The position numbers were made by a program, and so were the translations under genes. A DNA stretch of 64,000 bases from Auanema rhodensis. Its lineage: Eukaryota; Animalia; Nematoda. Below the pieces are notes generated by a model. The model was given only the letters and a program-made list of their open reading frames with translations, had not been told where the DNA came from and did no database searches. The stretch covers positions 12,338,001 through 12,402,000 of the forward strand of contig OZ059894.1 of the NCBI GenBank assembly GCA_964057225.1, in the 5' to 3' direction. The stretch's first letter is position 1, and every line of letters starts with the position of its first letter. Positions 12,861-27,200 of this stretch are shown here, in pieces.

Positions 12861-13199
12861 CCAAACAGTTTTTTCTATCTCACAGTATAACAAGTAACTG
12901 AACAACATATGCTCGTCGAGGTTAAACAAGATCGATTATCATTCAATGAAACGTTTGTATATATGAATGAACTTAACTATTATTTCACCAATAAGCCAAT
13001 GCAACTATCTTTTCTCATGTGAGACAAATTGAAGCCTAATTTGATGAGAACTTTAGAACAGTTGCAGTGACTTACACATGAAAACACATGCCAAACAGTT
13101 TTTTCTATCTCACAGTATAACAAGTAACTGAACAACATATGCTCGTCGAGGTTAAACAAGATCGATTATCATTCAATGAAACGTTTGTATATATGAATG

Positions 13200-16100
13200 A
13201 ACTTAACTATTATTTCACCAATATGCCAATACAACAACTTTTGTTAATGTGAGACAAATTGCAGCATAATTTGATGAGAACTTTAGAACAGTTGCAGTGA
13301 CTCACACTTGAAAACACATGTCGAACCGTTTTTTTTATCTCACAGTACAACAAAAACTGAGCAACATATGAACATTGTGGTTGAACGTGATGAGTCATCA
13401 TTTACCGAAACGTTCGTATATATTATATGAATCAACTATTATTTCACCAATAAGCCAATGCAACTATCTTTTCTCATGTGAGACAAATTGAAGCCTAATT
13501 TGATGAGAACTTTAGAACAGTTGCAGTGACTTACACATGAAAACACATGCCAAACAGTTTTTTCTATCTCACAGTATAACAAAAAACTGAACAACATATG
13601 AACATTGTGGTTGAACATGATAAGTCATCAATTAACGAAACGTTTGTATGAATGAATGAACTTAACTATTATTTCACCAATAAGCCAATGCAACTATCTT
13701 TTCTCATGTGAGACAAATTGAAGCCTAATTTGATGAGAACTTTAGAACAGTTGCAGTGACTTACACATGAAAACACATGCCAAACAGTTTTTTCTATCTC
13801 ACAGTATAACAAGTAACTGAACAACATATGCTCGTCGAGGTTAAACAAGATCGATTATCATTCAATGAAACGTTTGTATATATGAATGAACTTAACTATT
13901 ATTTCACCAATAAGCCAATACAACAACTTTTTTTAATGTGAGACAAATTGAAGCCTAAGTTGATGAGAACGTTGGAACAGTTGCAGTGACTTACACATGA
14001 AAACACATGCCAAACCGTTTTTCCTATCTCACAGTATAACAAGTAACTGAACAACATAAGCACGGCGAGGTTAAACGAGATTGATCATCATTAAACGAAA
14101 CGTTTGTATATATGAATGAACTTAACTATTATTTCACCAATATGCCAATACAACAACTTTTTTTAATGTGAGACAAATTGCAGCATAATTTGATGAGAAC
14201 TTTAGAACAGTTGCAGTGACTCACACATGAAAACACATGCCAAACCGTTTTTTTTATCTCACAGTACAACAAAAACTGAGCAACATATGAACATTGTGGT
14301 TGAACGTGATGAGTCATCATTTACCGAAACGTTCGTATATATTATATGAATCAACTATTATTTCACCAATAAGCCAATGCAACTATCTTTTCTCATGTGA
14401 GACAAATTGAAGCCTAATTTGATGAGAACTTTAGAACAGTTGCAGTGACTTACACATGAAAACACATGCCAAACAGTTTTTTCTATCTCACAGTATAACA
14501 AGTAACTGAACAACATAATCACGTCGAGGTTAAACAAGATTGATCATCATTTAACGAAACGTTTAAATATATGAATGAACTCAACAATTATTTTACCAAT
14601 ATGCCAATGCAACAACATTTTCTAATGTGAGACAAATTGAAGCCTAATTTGATGAGAACTTTAGAACAGTTGCAGTGACTTACACATGAAAACACATGCC
14701 AAACAGTTTTTTCTATCTCACAGTATAACAAGTAACTGAACAACATAATGACGTCGAGGTTAAACAAGATTGATCATCATTCAACGAAACGTTTGTATAT
14801 ATGAATGAACTTAACTATTATTTCACCAATATGCCAATAGAACAACTTTTTTTAATGTGAGACAGATTGCAGCATAATTTGATGAGAACTTTAGAACAGT
14901 TGCAGTGACTCACACATGGAAACACATGCCAAACCGTTTTTTCTATCTCACAGTACAACAAAAACTGAGCAACATATGAACATTGTGGTTGAATTTGATG
15001 AGTCATCAATTAACGAAACGTTCGTATATATGAATAAACTTAACTATTATTTCACCAATATGCCAATACAACAACATTTCTTTTAATGTAAGACAAATTG
15101 AAGCCTAATTTGATGAAAACTTTGAAACAGTTGCAGTGACTCACACATGAAAACATATGCCAAACCGTTTTTTCTATCTCATAGTATAACAAGTAACTGA
15201 ACAACATATGAACATTGTGGTTGAATTTGATGAGTCATCAATTAACGAAACGTTCGTATATATGAATAAACTTAACTATTATTTCACCAATAAGCCAATG
15301 CAACTATCTTTTCTCATGTGAGACAAATTGAAGCCTAATTTGATGAGTACTTTAGAACAGTTGCAGTGACTCACACATGAAAACACATGCCAAACAGTTT
15401 TTTCTATCTTACAGTATAACAAGTAACTGAACAACATATGCTCGTCGAGGTTAAACAAGATTGATTATCATTCAACGAAACGTTTGTATATATGAATGAA
15501 CTTAACTATTATTTCACCAATAAGCCAATACAACAACTTTTTTTGATGTGAGACAAATTGAAGCCTAAGTTGATGAGAACGTTGGAACAGTTGCAGTGGC
15601 TCACACATGAAAACACATGCCAAACCGTTTTTCCTATCTCACAGTATAACAAGTAACTGAACAACATAAGCACGGCGAGGTTAAACGAGATTGATCATCA
15701 TTAAACGAAACGTTTGTATATATGAATGAACTTAACTATTATTTCACCAATATGCCAATACAGCAACTTTTTTTAATGTGAGACAAATTGCAGCATAATT
15801 TGATGAGAACTTTAGAACAGTTGCAGTGACTCACACTTGAAAACACATGTCAAACCGTTTTTTTTATCTCACAGTACAACAAGTAACTGAACAACATAAG
15901 CACGTCTAGGTTAAACAAAATTGATCATAGTTTAACGAAACGTTTAAATATATGAATAAACTTAACTATTATTTCACCAATATGCCAATAGAACAATTTG
16001 TTTTAATGTGAGACAGATTGCAGCATACTTTGATGAAAACTTTAGAACAGTTGCAGTGACTCACACATGGAAACACATGCCAAACCGTTTTTTCTATCTC

Positions 16101-19100
16101 ACAGTACAACAAAAACTGAGCAACATATGAACATTGTGGTTGAATTTGATGAGTCATCAATTAACGAAACGTTCGTATATATGAATAAACTTAACTATTA
16201 TTTCACCAATATGCCAATACAACAACATTTCTTTTAATGTAAGACAAATTGAAGCCTAATTTGATGAAAACTTTGAAACAGTTGCAGTGACTCACACATG
16301 AAAACATATGCCAAACCGTTTTTTCTATCTCATAGTATAACAAGTAACTGAACAACATAAGCACGTCAAGGTTAAACAAAATTGATCATAGTTTAACGAA
16401 ACGTTTGAATATATGAATGAACTTAACTATTATCTCACCAATATGCCAATAGAACAATTTGTTTTAATGTGAGACAGATTGCAGCATACTTTGATGAGAA
16501 CTTTAGAACAGTTGCAGTGACTCACACATGGAAACACATGCCAAACCGTTTTTTCTATCTCACAGTACAACAAAAAATGAGCAACATATGAACATTGTGG
16601 TTGAATTTGATGAGTCATCAATTAACGAAACGTTCGTATATATGAATAAACTTAACTATTATTTCACCAATATGCCAATACAACAACTTTTGTTAATGTG
16701 AGACAAATTGCAGCATAATTTGATGAGAACTTTAGAACAGTTGCAGTGACTCACACTTGAAAACACATGTCAAACCGTTTTTTTTATCTCACAGTACAAC
16801 AAAAACTGAGCAACATATGAACATTGTGGTTGAACGTGATGAGTCATCATTTACCGAAACGTTCGTATATATTATATGAATCAACTATTATTTCACCAAT
16901 AAGCCAATGCAACTATCTTTTCTCATGTGAGACAAATTGAAGCCTAATTTGATGAGAACTTTAGAACAGTTGCAGTGACTTACACATGAAAACACATGCC
17001 AAACAGTTTTTTCTATCTCACAGTATAACAAAAAACTGAACAACATATGAACATTGTGGTTGAACATGATAAGTCATCAATTAACGAAACGTTTGTATGA
17101 ATGAATGAACTTAACTATTATTTCACCAATAAGCCAATGCAACTATCTTTTCTCATGTGAGACAAATTGAAGCCTAATTTGATGAGAACTTTAGAACAGT
17201 TGCAGTGACTTACACATGAAAACACATGCCAAACAGTTTTTTCTATCTCACAGTATAACAAGTAACTGAACAACATATGCTCGTCGAGGTTAAACAAGAT
17301 CGATTATCATTCAATGAAACGTTTGTATATATGAATGAACTTAACTATTATTTCACCAATAAGCCAATACAACAACTTTTTTTAATGTGAGACAAATTGA
17401 AGCCTAAGTTGATGAGAACGTTGGAACAGTTGCAGTGACTTACACATGAAAACACATGCCAAACCGTTTTTCCTATCTCACAGTATAACAAGTAACTGAA
17501 CAACATAAGCACGGCGAGGTTAAACGAGATTGATCATCATTAAACGAAACGTTTGTATATATGAATGAACTTAACTATTATTTCACCAATATGCCAATAC
17601 AACAACTTTTTTTAATGTGAGACAAATTGCAGCATAATTTGATGAGAACTTTAGAACAGTTGCAGTGACTCACACATGAAAACACATGCCAAACCGTTTT
17701 TTTTATCTCACAGTACAACAAAAACTGAGCAACATATGAACATTGTGGTTGAACGTGATGAGTCATCATTTACCGAAACGTTCGTATATATTATATGAAT
17801 CAACTATTATTTCACCAATAAGCCAATGCAACTATCTTTTCTCATGTGAGACAAATTGAAGCCTAATTTGATGAGAACTTTAGAACAGTTGCAGTGACTT
17901 ACACATGAAAACACATGCCAAACAGTTTTTTCTATCTCACAGTATAACAAGTAACTGAACAACATAATCACGTCGAGGTTAAACAAGATTGATCATCATT
18001 TAACGAAACGTTTAAATATATGAATGAACTCAACAATTATTTTACCAATATGCCAATGCAACAACATTTTCTAATGTGAGACAAATTGAAGCCTAATTTG
18101 ATGAGAACTTTAGAACAGTTGCAGTGACTTACACATGAAAACACATGCCAAACAGTTTTTTCTATCTCACAGTATAACAAGTAACTGAACAACATAATCA
18201 CGTCGAGGTTAAACAAGATTGATCATCATTCAACGAAACGTTTGTATATATGAATGAACTTAACTATTATTTCACCAATATGCCAATAGAACAACTTTTT
18301 TTAATGTGAGACAGATTGCAGCATAATTTGATGAGAACTTTAGAACAGTTGCAGTGACTCACACATGGAAACACATGCCAAACCGTTTTTTCTATCTCAC
18401 AGTACAACAAAAACTGAGCAACATATGAACATTGTGGTTGAATTTGATGAGTCATCAATTAACGAAACGTTCGTATATATGAATAAACTTAACTATTATT
18501 TCACCAATATGCCAATACAACAACATTTCTTTTAATGTAAGACAAATTGAAGCCTAATTTGATGAAAACTTTGAAACAGTTGCAGTGACTCACACATGAA
18601 AACATATGCCAAACCGTTTTTTCTATCTCATAGTATAACAAGTAACTGAACAACATATGAACATTGTGGTTGAATTTGATGAGTCATCAATTAACGAAAC
18701 GTTCGTATATATGAATAAACTTAACTATTATTTCACCAATAAGCCAATGCAACTATCTTTTCTCATGTGAGACAAATTGAAGCCTAATTTGATGAGTACT
18801 TTAGAACAGTTGCAGTGACTCACACATGAAAACACATGCCAAACAGTTTTTTCTATCTTACAGTATAACAAGTAACTGAACAACATATGCTCGTCGAGGT
18901 TAAACAAGATTGATTATCATTCAACGAAACGTTTGTATATATGAATGAACTTAACTATTATTTCACCAATAAGCCAATACAACAACTTTTTTTGATGTGA
19001 GACAAATTGAAGCCTAAGTTGATGAGAACGTTGGAACAGTTGCAGTGGCTCACACATGAAAACACATGCCAAACCGTTTTTCCTATCTCACAGTATAACA

Positions 19101-20136
19101 AGTAACTGAACAACATAAGCACGGCGAGGTTAAACGAGATTGATCATCATTAAACGAAACGTTTGTATATATGAATGAACTTAACTATTATTTCACCAAT
19201 ATGCCAATACAGCAACTTTTTTTAATGTGAGACAAATTGCAGCATAATTTGATGAGAACTTTAGAACAGTTGCAGTGACTCACACTTGAAAACACATGTC
19301 AAACCGTTTTTTTTATCTCACAGTACAACAAGTAACTGAACAACATAAGCACGTCTAGGTTAAACAAAATTGATCATAGTTTAACGAAACGTTTAAATAT
19401 ATGAATAAACTTAACTATTATTTCACCAATATGCCAATAGAACAATTTGTTTTAATGTGAGACAGATTGCAGCATACTTTGATGAAAACTTTAGAACAGT
19501 TGCAGTGACTCACACATGGAAACACATGCCAAACCGTTTTTTCTATCTCACAGTACAACAAAAACTGAGCAACATATGAACATTGTGGTTGAATTTGATG
19601 AGTCATCAATTAACGAAACGTTCGTATATATGAATAAACTTAACTATTATTTCACCAATATGCCAATACAACAACATTTCTTTTAATGTAAGACAAATTG
19701 AAGCCTAATTTGATGAAAACTTTGAAACAGTTGCAGTGACTCACACATGAAAACATATGCCAAACCGTTTTTTCTATCTCATAGTATAACAAGTAACTGA
19801 ACAACATAAGCACGTCAAGGTTAAACAAAATTGATCATAGTTTAACGAAACGTTTGAATATATGAATGAACTTAACTATTATCTCACCAATATGCCAATA
19901 GAACAATTTGTTTTAATGTGAGACAGATTGCAGCATACTTTGATGAGAACTTTAGAACAGTTGCAGTGACTCACACATGGAAACACATGCCAAACCGTTT
20001 TTTCTATCTCACAGTACAACAAAAAATGAGCAACATATGAACATTGTGGTTGAATTTGATGAGTCATCAATTAACGAAACGTTCGTATATATGAATAAAC
20101 TTAACTATTATTTCACCAATATGCCAATACAACAAC
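13200..20136 (+). repeat. Tandem 15-monomer higher-order repeat, two copies (3449 bp)
   Basis: Four ORF-track pairs are offset by 3449. Private markers TTTTGTTAATG (13243/16692) and CACGTCTAGG (15901/19350) are shared. I noticed only two differences (~13323, ~14750). Confidence 0.92.
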
Positions 20137-23100
20137 ATTTCTTTTAATGTAAGACAAATTGAAGCCTAATTTGATGAAAACTTTGAAACAGTTGCAGTGA
20201 CTCACACATGAAAACACATGCCAAACCGTTTTTTCTATCTCATAGTATAACAAGTAACTGAACAACATAAGCACGTCAAGGTTAAACAAAATTGATCATA
20301 GTTTAACGAAACGTTTAAATATATGAATGAACTTAACTATTATCTCACCAATATGCCAATAGAACAATTTGTTTTAATGTGAGACAGATTGCAGCATACT
20401 TTGATGAGAACTTTAGAACAGTTGCAGTGACTCACACATGGAAACACATGCCAAACCGTTTTTTCTATCTCACAGTATAACAAGTAACTGAACAACATAA
20501 GCTCGTCGAGGTTAAACAAGATTGATCATTTTTTAACGAAACGTTTAAATATATGAATGAACTTAACAATTATTTTACCAATATGCCAATGCAACAACTT
20601 TTTTTAATGTGAGACAAATTGCAGCCAAATTTGATGAGAACTTTAGAACAGTTGCAGTGACTCACACTTGAAAACACATGCCAAACCGTTTTTTTTTCTC
20701 ACAGTACAACAAAAAACTGAGCAACATATGAACATTGTGGTTGAACATGATGAGTCATCATTTACCAAAACGTTCGTATATATTATATGAATCAACTTAA
20801 CAAATATTTCACCAATATGCCAATACAACAACATTTTTTTTAATGTGAGACAAATTGAAGCCTAATTTGATGAAAACTTTGAAACAGTTGCAGTGACTCA
20901 CACATGAAAACACATGCCAAACCGTTTTTTCTATCTCATAGTATAACAAGTAACTGAACAACATATGAACATTGTGGTTGAACATGATAAGTCATCAATT
21001 AACGAAACGTTTGTATATATGAATGAACTTAACTATTATTTTACCAATAAGCCAATGCAACTATCTTTTCTCATGTGAGACAAATTGAAGCCTAATTTGA
21101 TGAGAACTTTTGAACAGTTGCAGTGACTTACACATGAAAACACATGCCAAACAGTTTTTTCTATCTCACAGTATAACAAGTAACTGAACAACATAATCAC
21201 GTCGAGGTTAAACAAGATTGATCATCATTCAACGAAACGTTTGTATATATGAATGAACTTAACTATTATCTCACCAATATGCCAATAGAACAACTTTTTT
21301 TAATGTGAGACAGATTGCAGCATGATTTGATGAGAACTTTAGAACAGTTGCAGTGACTCACACTTGAAAACACATGCCAAACCGTTTTTTTTATCTCACA
21401 GTACAACAAAAAACTGAACAACATATGAACATTGTGGTTGAACATGATAAGTCATCAATTAACGAAACGTTCGTATATATGAATAAACTTAACTATTATT
21501 TCACCAATAAGCCAATGCAACTATCTTTTCTCATGTGAGACAAATTGAAGCCTAATTTGATGAGAACTTTTGAACAGTTGCAGTGACTTACACTTGAAAA
21601 CACATGCCAAACAGTTTTTTCTATCTCGCAGTATAACAAGTAACTGAACAACATATGCTCGTCGAGGTTAAACAAGATTGATTATCATTCAACGAAACGT
21701 TTGTATATATGAATGAACTTAACTATTATTTCACCAATATGCCAATACAACAACTTTTTTTAATGTGAGACAAATTGAAGCCTAATTTGATGAGAACTTT
21801 AGAACAGTTGCAGTGACTTACACATGAAAACACATGCCAAACCGTTTTTCCTATCTCACAGTATAACAAGTAACTGAACAACATAAGCACGGCGAGGTTA
21901 AACGAGATTGATCATCATTAAACGAAACGTTTGTATATATGAATGAACTTAACTATTATTTCACCAATATGCCAATACAACAACTTTTTTTAATGTGAGA
22001 CAAATTGCAGCATAATTTGATGAGAACTTTAGAACAGTTGCAGTGACTCACACTTGAAAACACAGGTCAAACCGTTTTTTTTATCTCACAGTACAACAAG
22101 TAACTGAACAACATAAGCACGTCAAGGTTAAACAAAATTGATCATAGTTTAACGAAACGTTTAAATATATGAATAAACTTAACTATTATTTCACCAATAT
22201 GCCAATAGAACAATTTGTTTTAATGTGAGACAGATTGCAGCATACTTTGATGAAAACTTTAGAACAGTTGCAGTGACTCACACATGGAAACACATGCCAA
22301 ACCGTTTTTTCTATCTCACAGTACAACAAAAACTGAGCAACATATGAACATTGTGGTTGAATTTGATGAGTCATCAATTAACGAAACGTTCGTATATATG
22401 AATAAACTTAACTATTATTTCACCAATATGCCAATACAACAACATTTCTTTTAATGTAAGACAAATTGAAGCCTAATTTGATGAAAACTTTGAAACAGTT
22501 GCAGTGACTCACACATGAAAACACATGCCAAACCGTTTTTTCTATCTCATAGTATAACAAGTAACTGAACAACATAAGCACGTCAAGGTTAAACAAAATT
22601 GATCATAGTTTAACGAAACGTTTAAATATATGAATGAACTTAACTATTATCTCACCAATATGCCAATAGAACAATTTGTTTTAATGTGAGACAGATTGCA
22701 GCATACTTTGATGAGAACTTTAGAACAGTTGCAGTGACTCACACATGGAAACACATGCCAAACCGTTTTTTCTATCTCACAGTATAACAAGTAACTGAAC
22801 AACATAAGCTCGTCGAGGTTAAACAAGATTGATCATTTTTTAACGAAACGTTTAAATATATGAATGAACTTAACAATTATTTTACCAATATGCCAATGCA
22901 ACAACTTTTTTTAATGTGAGACAAATTGCAGCCAAATTTGATGAGAACTTTAGAACAGTTGCAGTGACTCACACTTGAAAACACATGCCAAACCGTTTTT
23001 TTTTCTCACAGTACAACAAAAAACTGAGCAACATATGAACATTGTGGTTGAACATGATGAGTCATCATTTACCAAAACGTTCGTATATATTATATGAATC

Positions 23101-24275
23101 AACTTAACAAATATTTCACCAATATGCCAATACAACAACATTTTTTTTAATGTGAGACAAATTGAAGCCTAATTTGATGAAAACTTTGAAACAGTTGCAG
23201 TGACTCACACATGAAAACACATGCCAAACCGTTTTTTCTATCTCATAGTATAACAAGTAACTGAACAACATATGAACATTGTGGTTGAACATGATAAGTC
23301 ATCAATTAACGAAACGTTTGTATATATGAATGAACTTAACTATTATTTTACCAATAAGCCAATGCAACTATCTTTTCTCATGTGAGACAAATTGAAGCCT
23401 AATTTGATGAGAACTTTTGAACAGTTGCAGTGACTTACACATGAAAACACATGCCAAACAGTTTTTTCTATCTCACAGTATAACAAGTAACTGAACAACA
23501 TAATCACGTCGAGGTTAAACAAGATTGATCATCATTCAACGAAACGTTTGTATATATGAATGAACTTAACTATTATCTCACCAATATGCCAATAGAACAA
23601 CTTTTTTTAATGTGAGACAGATTGCAGCATGATTTGATGAGAACTTTAGAACAGTTGCAGTGACTCACACTTGAAAACACATGCCAAACCGTTTTTTTTA
23701 TCTCACAGTACAACAAAAAACTGAACAACATATGAACATTGTGGTTGAACATGATAAGTCATCAATTAACGAAACGTTCGTATATATGAATAAACTTAAC
23801 TATTATTTCACCAATAAGCCAATGCAACTATCTTTTCTCATGTGAGACAAATTGAAGCCTAATTTGATGAGAACTTTTGAACAGTTGCAGTGACTTACAC
23901 TTGAAAACACATGCCAAACAGTTTTTTCTATCTCGCAGTATAACAAGCAACTGAACAACATATGCTCGTCGAGGTTAAACAAGATTGATTATCATTCAAC
24001 GAAACGTTTGTATATATGAATGAACTTAACTATTATTTCACCAATATGCCAATACAACAACTTTTTTTAATGTGAGACAAATTGAAGCCTAATTTGATGA
24101 GAACTTTAGAACAGTTGCAGTGACTTACACATGAAAACACATGCCAAACCGTTTTTCCTATCTCACAGTATAACAAGTAACTGAACAACATAAGCACGGC
24201 GAGGTTAAACGAGATTGATCATCATTAAACGAAACGTTTGTATATATGAATGAACTTAACTATTATTTCACCAAT
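20030..24275 (+). repeat. 10-monomer higher-order repeat (2307 bp), second copy partial
   Basis: Private TTTACCAAAACG at 20761/23068, TCTCGCAG at ~21624/23931, and ORF pair 20643/22950. Confidence 0.85.
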
Positions 24276-27200
24276 AAGCCAATGCAACTATCTTTTCTCA
24301 TGTGAGACAAATTGAAGCCTAATTTGATGAGTACTTTAGAACAGTTGCAGTGACTCACACATGAAAACACATGCCAAACAGTTTTTTCTATCTTACAGTA
24401 TAACAAGTAACTGAACAACATATGCTCGTCGAGGTTAAACAAGATTGATTATCATTCAACGAAACGTTTGTATATATGAATGAACTTAACTATTATTTCA
24501 CCAATAAGCCAATACAACAACTTTTTTTAATGTGAGACAAATTGAAGCCTAAGTTGATGAGAACGTTGGAACAGTTGCAGTGGCTCACACATGAAAACAC
24601 ATGCCAAACCGTTTTTCCTATCTCACAGTATAACAAGTAACTGAACAACATAAGCACGGCGAGGTTAAACGAGATTGATCATCATTAAACGAAACGTTTG
24701 TATATATGAATGAACTTAACTATTATTTCACCAATATGCCAATACAGCAACTTTTTTTAATGTGAGACAAATTGCAGCATAATTTGATGAGAACTTTAGA
24801 ACAGTTGCAGTGACTCACACTTGAAAACACATGTCAAACCGTTTTTTTTATCTCACAGTACAACAAGTAACTGAACAACATAAGCACGTCAAGGTTAAAC
24901 AAAATTGATCATAGTTTAACGAAACGTTTAAATATATGAATAAACTTAACTATTATTTCACCAATATGCCAATAGAACAATTTGTTTTAATGTGAGACAG
25001 ATTGCAGCATACTTTGATGAAAACTTTAGAACAGTTGCAGTGACTCACACATGGAAACACATGCCAAACCGTTTTTTCTATCTCACAGTACAACAAAAAC
25101 TGAGCAACATATGAACATTGTGGTTGAATTTGATGAGTCATCAATTAACGAAACGTTCGTATATATGAATAAACTTAACTATTATTTCACCAATATGCCA
25201 ATACAACAACATTTCTTTTAATGTAAGACAAATTGAAGCCTAATTTGATGAAAACTTTGAAACAGTTGCAGTGACTCACACATGAAAACATATGCCAAAC
25301 CGTTTTTTCTATCTCATAGTATAACAAGTAACTGAACAACATAAGCACGTCAAGGTTAAACAAAATTGATCATAGTTTAACGAAACGTTTAAATATATGA
25401 ATGAACTTAACTATTATCTCACCAATATGCCAATAGAACAATTTGTTTTAATGTGAGACAGATTGCAGCATACTTTGATGAGAACTTTAGAACAGTTGCA
25501 GTGACTCACACATGGAAACACATGCCAAACCGTTTTTTCTATCTCACAGTACAACAAAAAATGAGCAACATATGAACATTGTGGTTGAATTTGATGAGTC
25601 ATCAATTAACGAAACGTTCGTATATATGAATAAACTTAACTATTATTTCACCAATATGCCAATACAACAACATTTCTTTTAATGTAAGACAAATTGAAGC
25701 CTAATTTGATGAAAACTTTGAAACAGTTGCAGTGACTCACACATGAAAACACATGCCAAACCGTTTTTTCTATCTCACAGTATAACAAGTAACTGAACAA
25801 CATAAGCTCGTCGAGGTTAAACAAGATTGATCATTTTTTAACGAAACGTTTAAATATATGAATGAACTTAACAATTATTTTACCAATATGCCAATGCAAC
25901 AACTTTTTTTAATGTGAGACAAATTGCAGCCAAATTTGATGAGAACTTTAGAACAGTTGCAGTGACTCACACTTGAAAACACATGCCAAACCGTTTTTTT
26001 TTCTCACAGTACAACAAAAAACTGAGCAACATATGAACATTGTGGTTGAACATGATGAGTCATCATTTACCGAAACGTTCGTATATATTATATGAATCAA
26101 CTTAACAAATATTTCACCAATATGCCAATACAACAACATTTTTTTTAATGTGAGACAAATTGAAGCCTAATTTGATGAAAACTTTGAAACAGTTGCAGTG
26201 ACTCACACATGAAAACACATGCCAAACCGTTTTTTCTATCTCATAGTATAACAAGTAACTGAACAACATATGAACATTGTGGTTGAACATGATAAGTCAT
26301 CAATTAACGAAACGTTTGTATATATGAATGAACTTAACTATTATTTTACCAATAAGCCAATGCAACTATCTTTTCTCATGTGAGACAAATTGAAGCCTAA
26401 TTTGATGAGAACTTTTGAACAGTTGCAGTGACTTACACATGAAAACACATGCCAAACAGTTTTTTCTATCTCACAGTATAACAAGTAACTGAACAACATA
26501 ATCACGTCGAGGTTAAACAAGATTGATCATCATTCAACGAAACGTTTGTATATATGAATGAACTTAACTATTATCTCACCAATATGCCAATAGAACAACT
26601 TTTTTTAATGTGAGACAGATTGCAGCATGATTTGATGAGAACTTTAGAACAGTTGCAGTGACTCACACTTGAAAACACATGCCAAACCGTTTTTTTTATC
26701 TCACAGTACAACAAAAAACTGAACAACATATGAACATTGTGGTTGAACATGATAAGTCATCAATTAACGAAACGTTCGTATATATGAATAAACTTAACTA
26801 TTATTTCACCAATAAGCCAATGCAACTATCTTTTCTCATGTGAGACAAATTGAAGCCTAATTTGATGAGAACTTTTGAACAGTTGCAGTGACTTACACAT
26901 GAAAACACATGCCAAACAGTTTTTTCTATCTCGCAGTATAACAAGTAACTGAACAACATATGCTTGTCGAGGTTAAACAAGATTGATTATCATTCAACGA
27001 AACGTTTGTATATATGAATGAACTTAACTATTATTTCACCAATATGCCAATACAACAACTTTTTTTAATGTGAGACAAATTGAAGCCTAATTTGATGAGA
27101 ACTTTAGAACAGTTGCAGTGACTTACACATGAAAACACATGCCAAACCGTTTTTCCTATCTCACAGTATAACAAGTAACTGAACAACATAAGCACGGCGA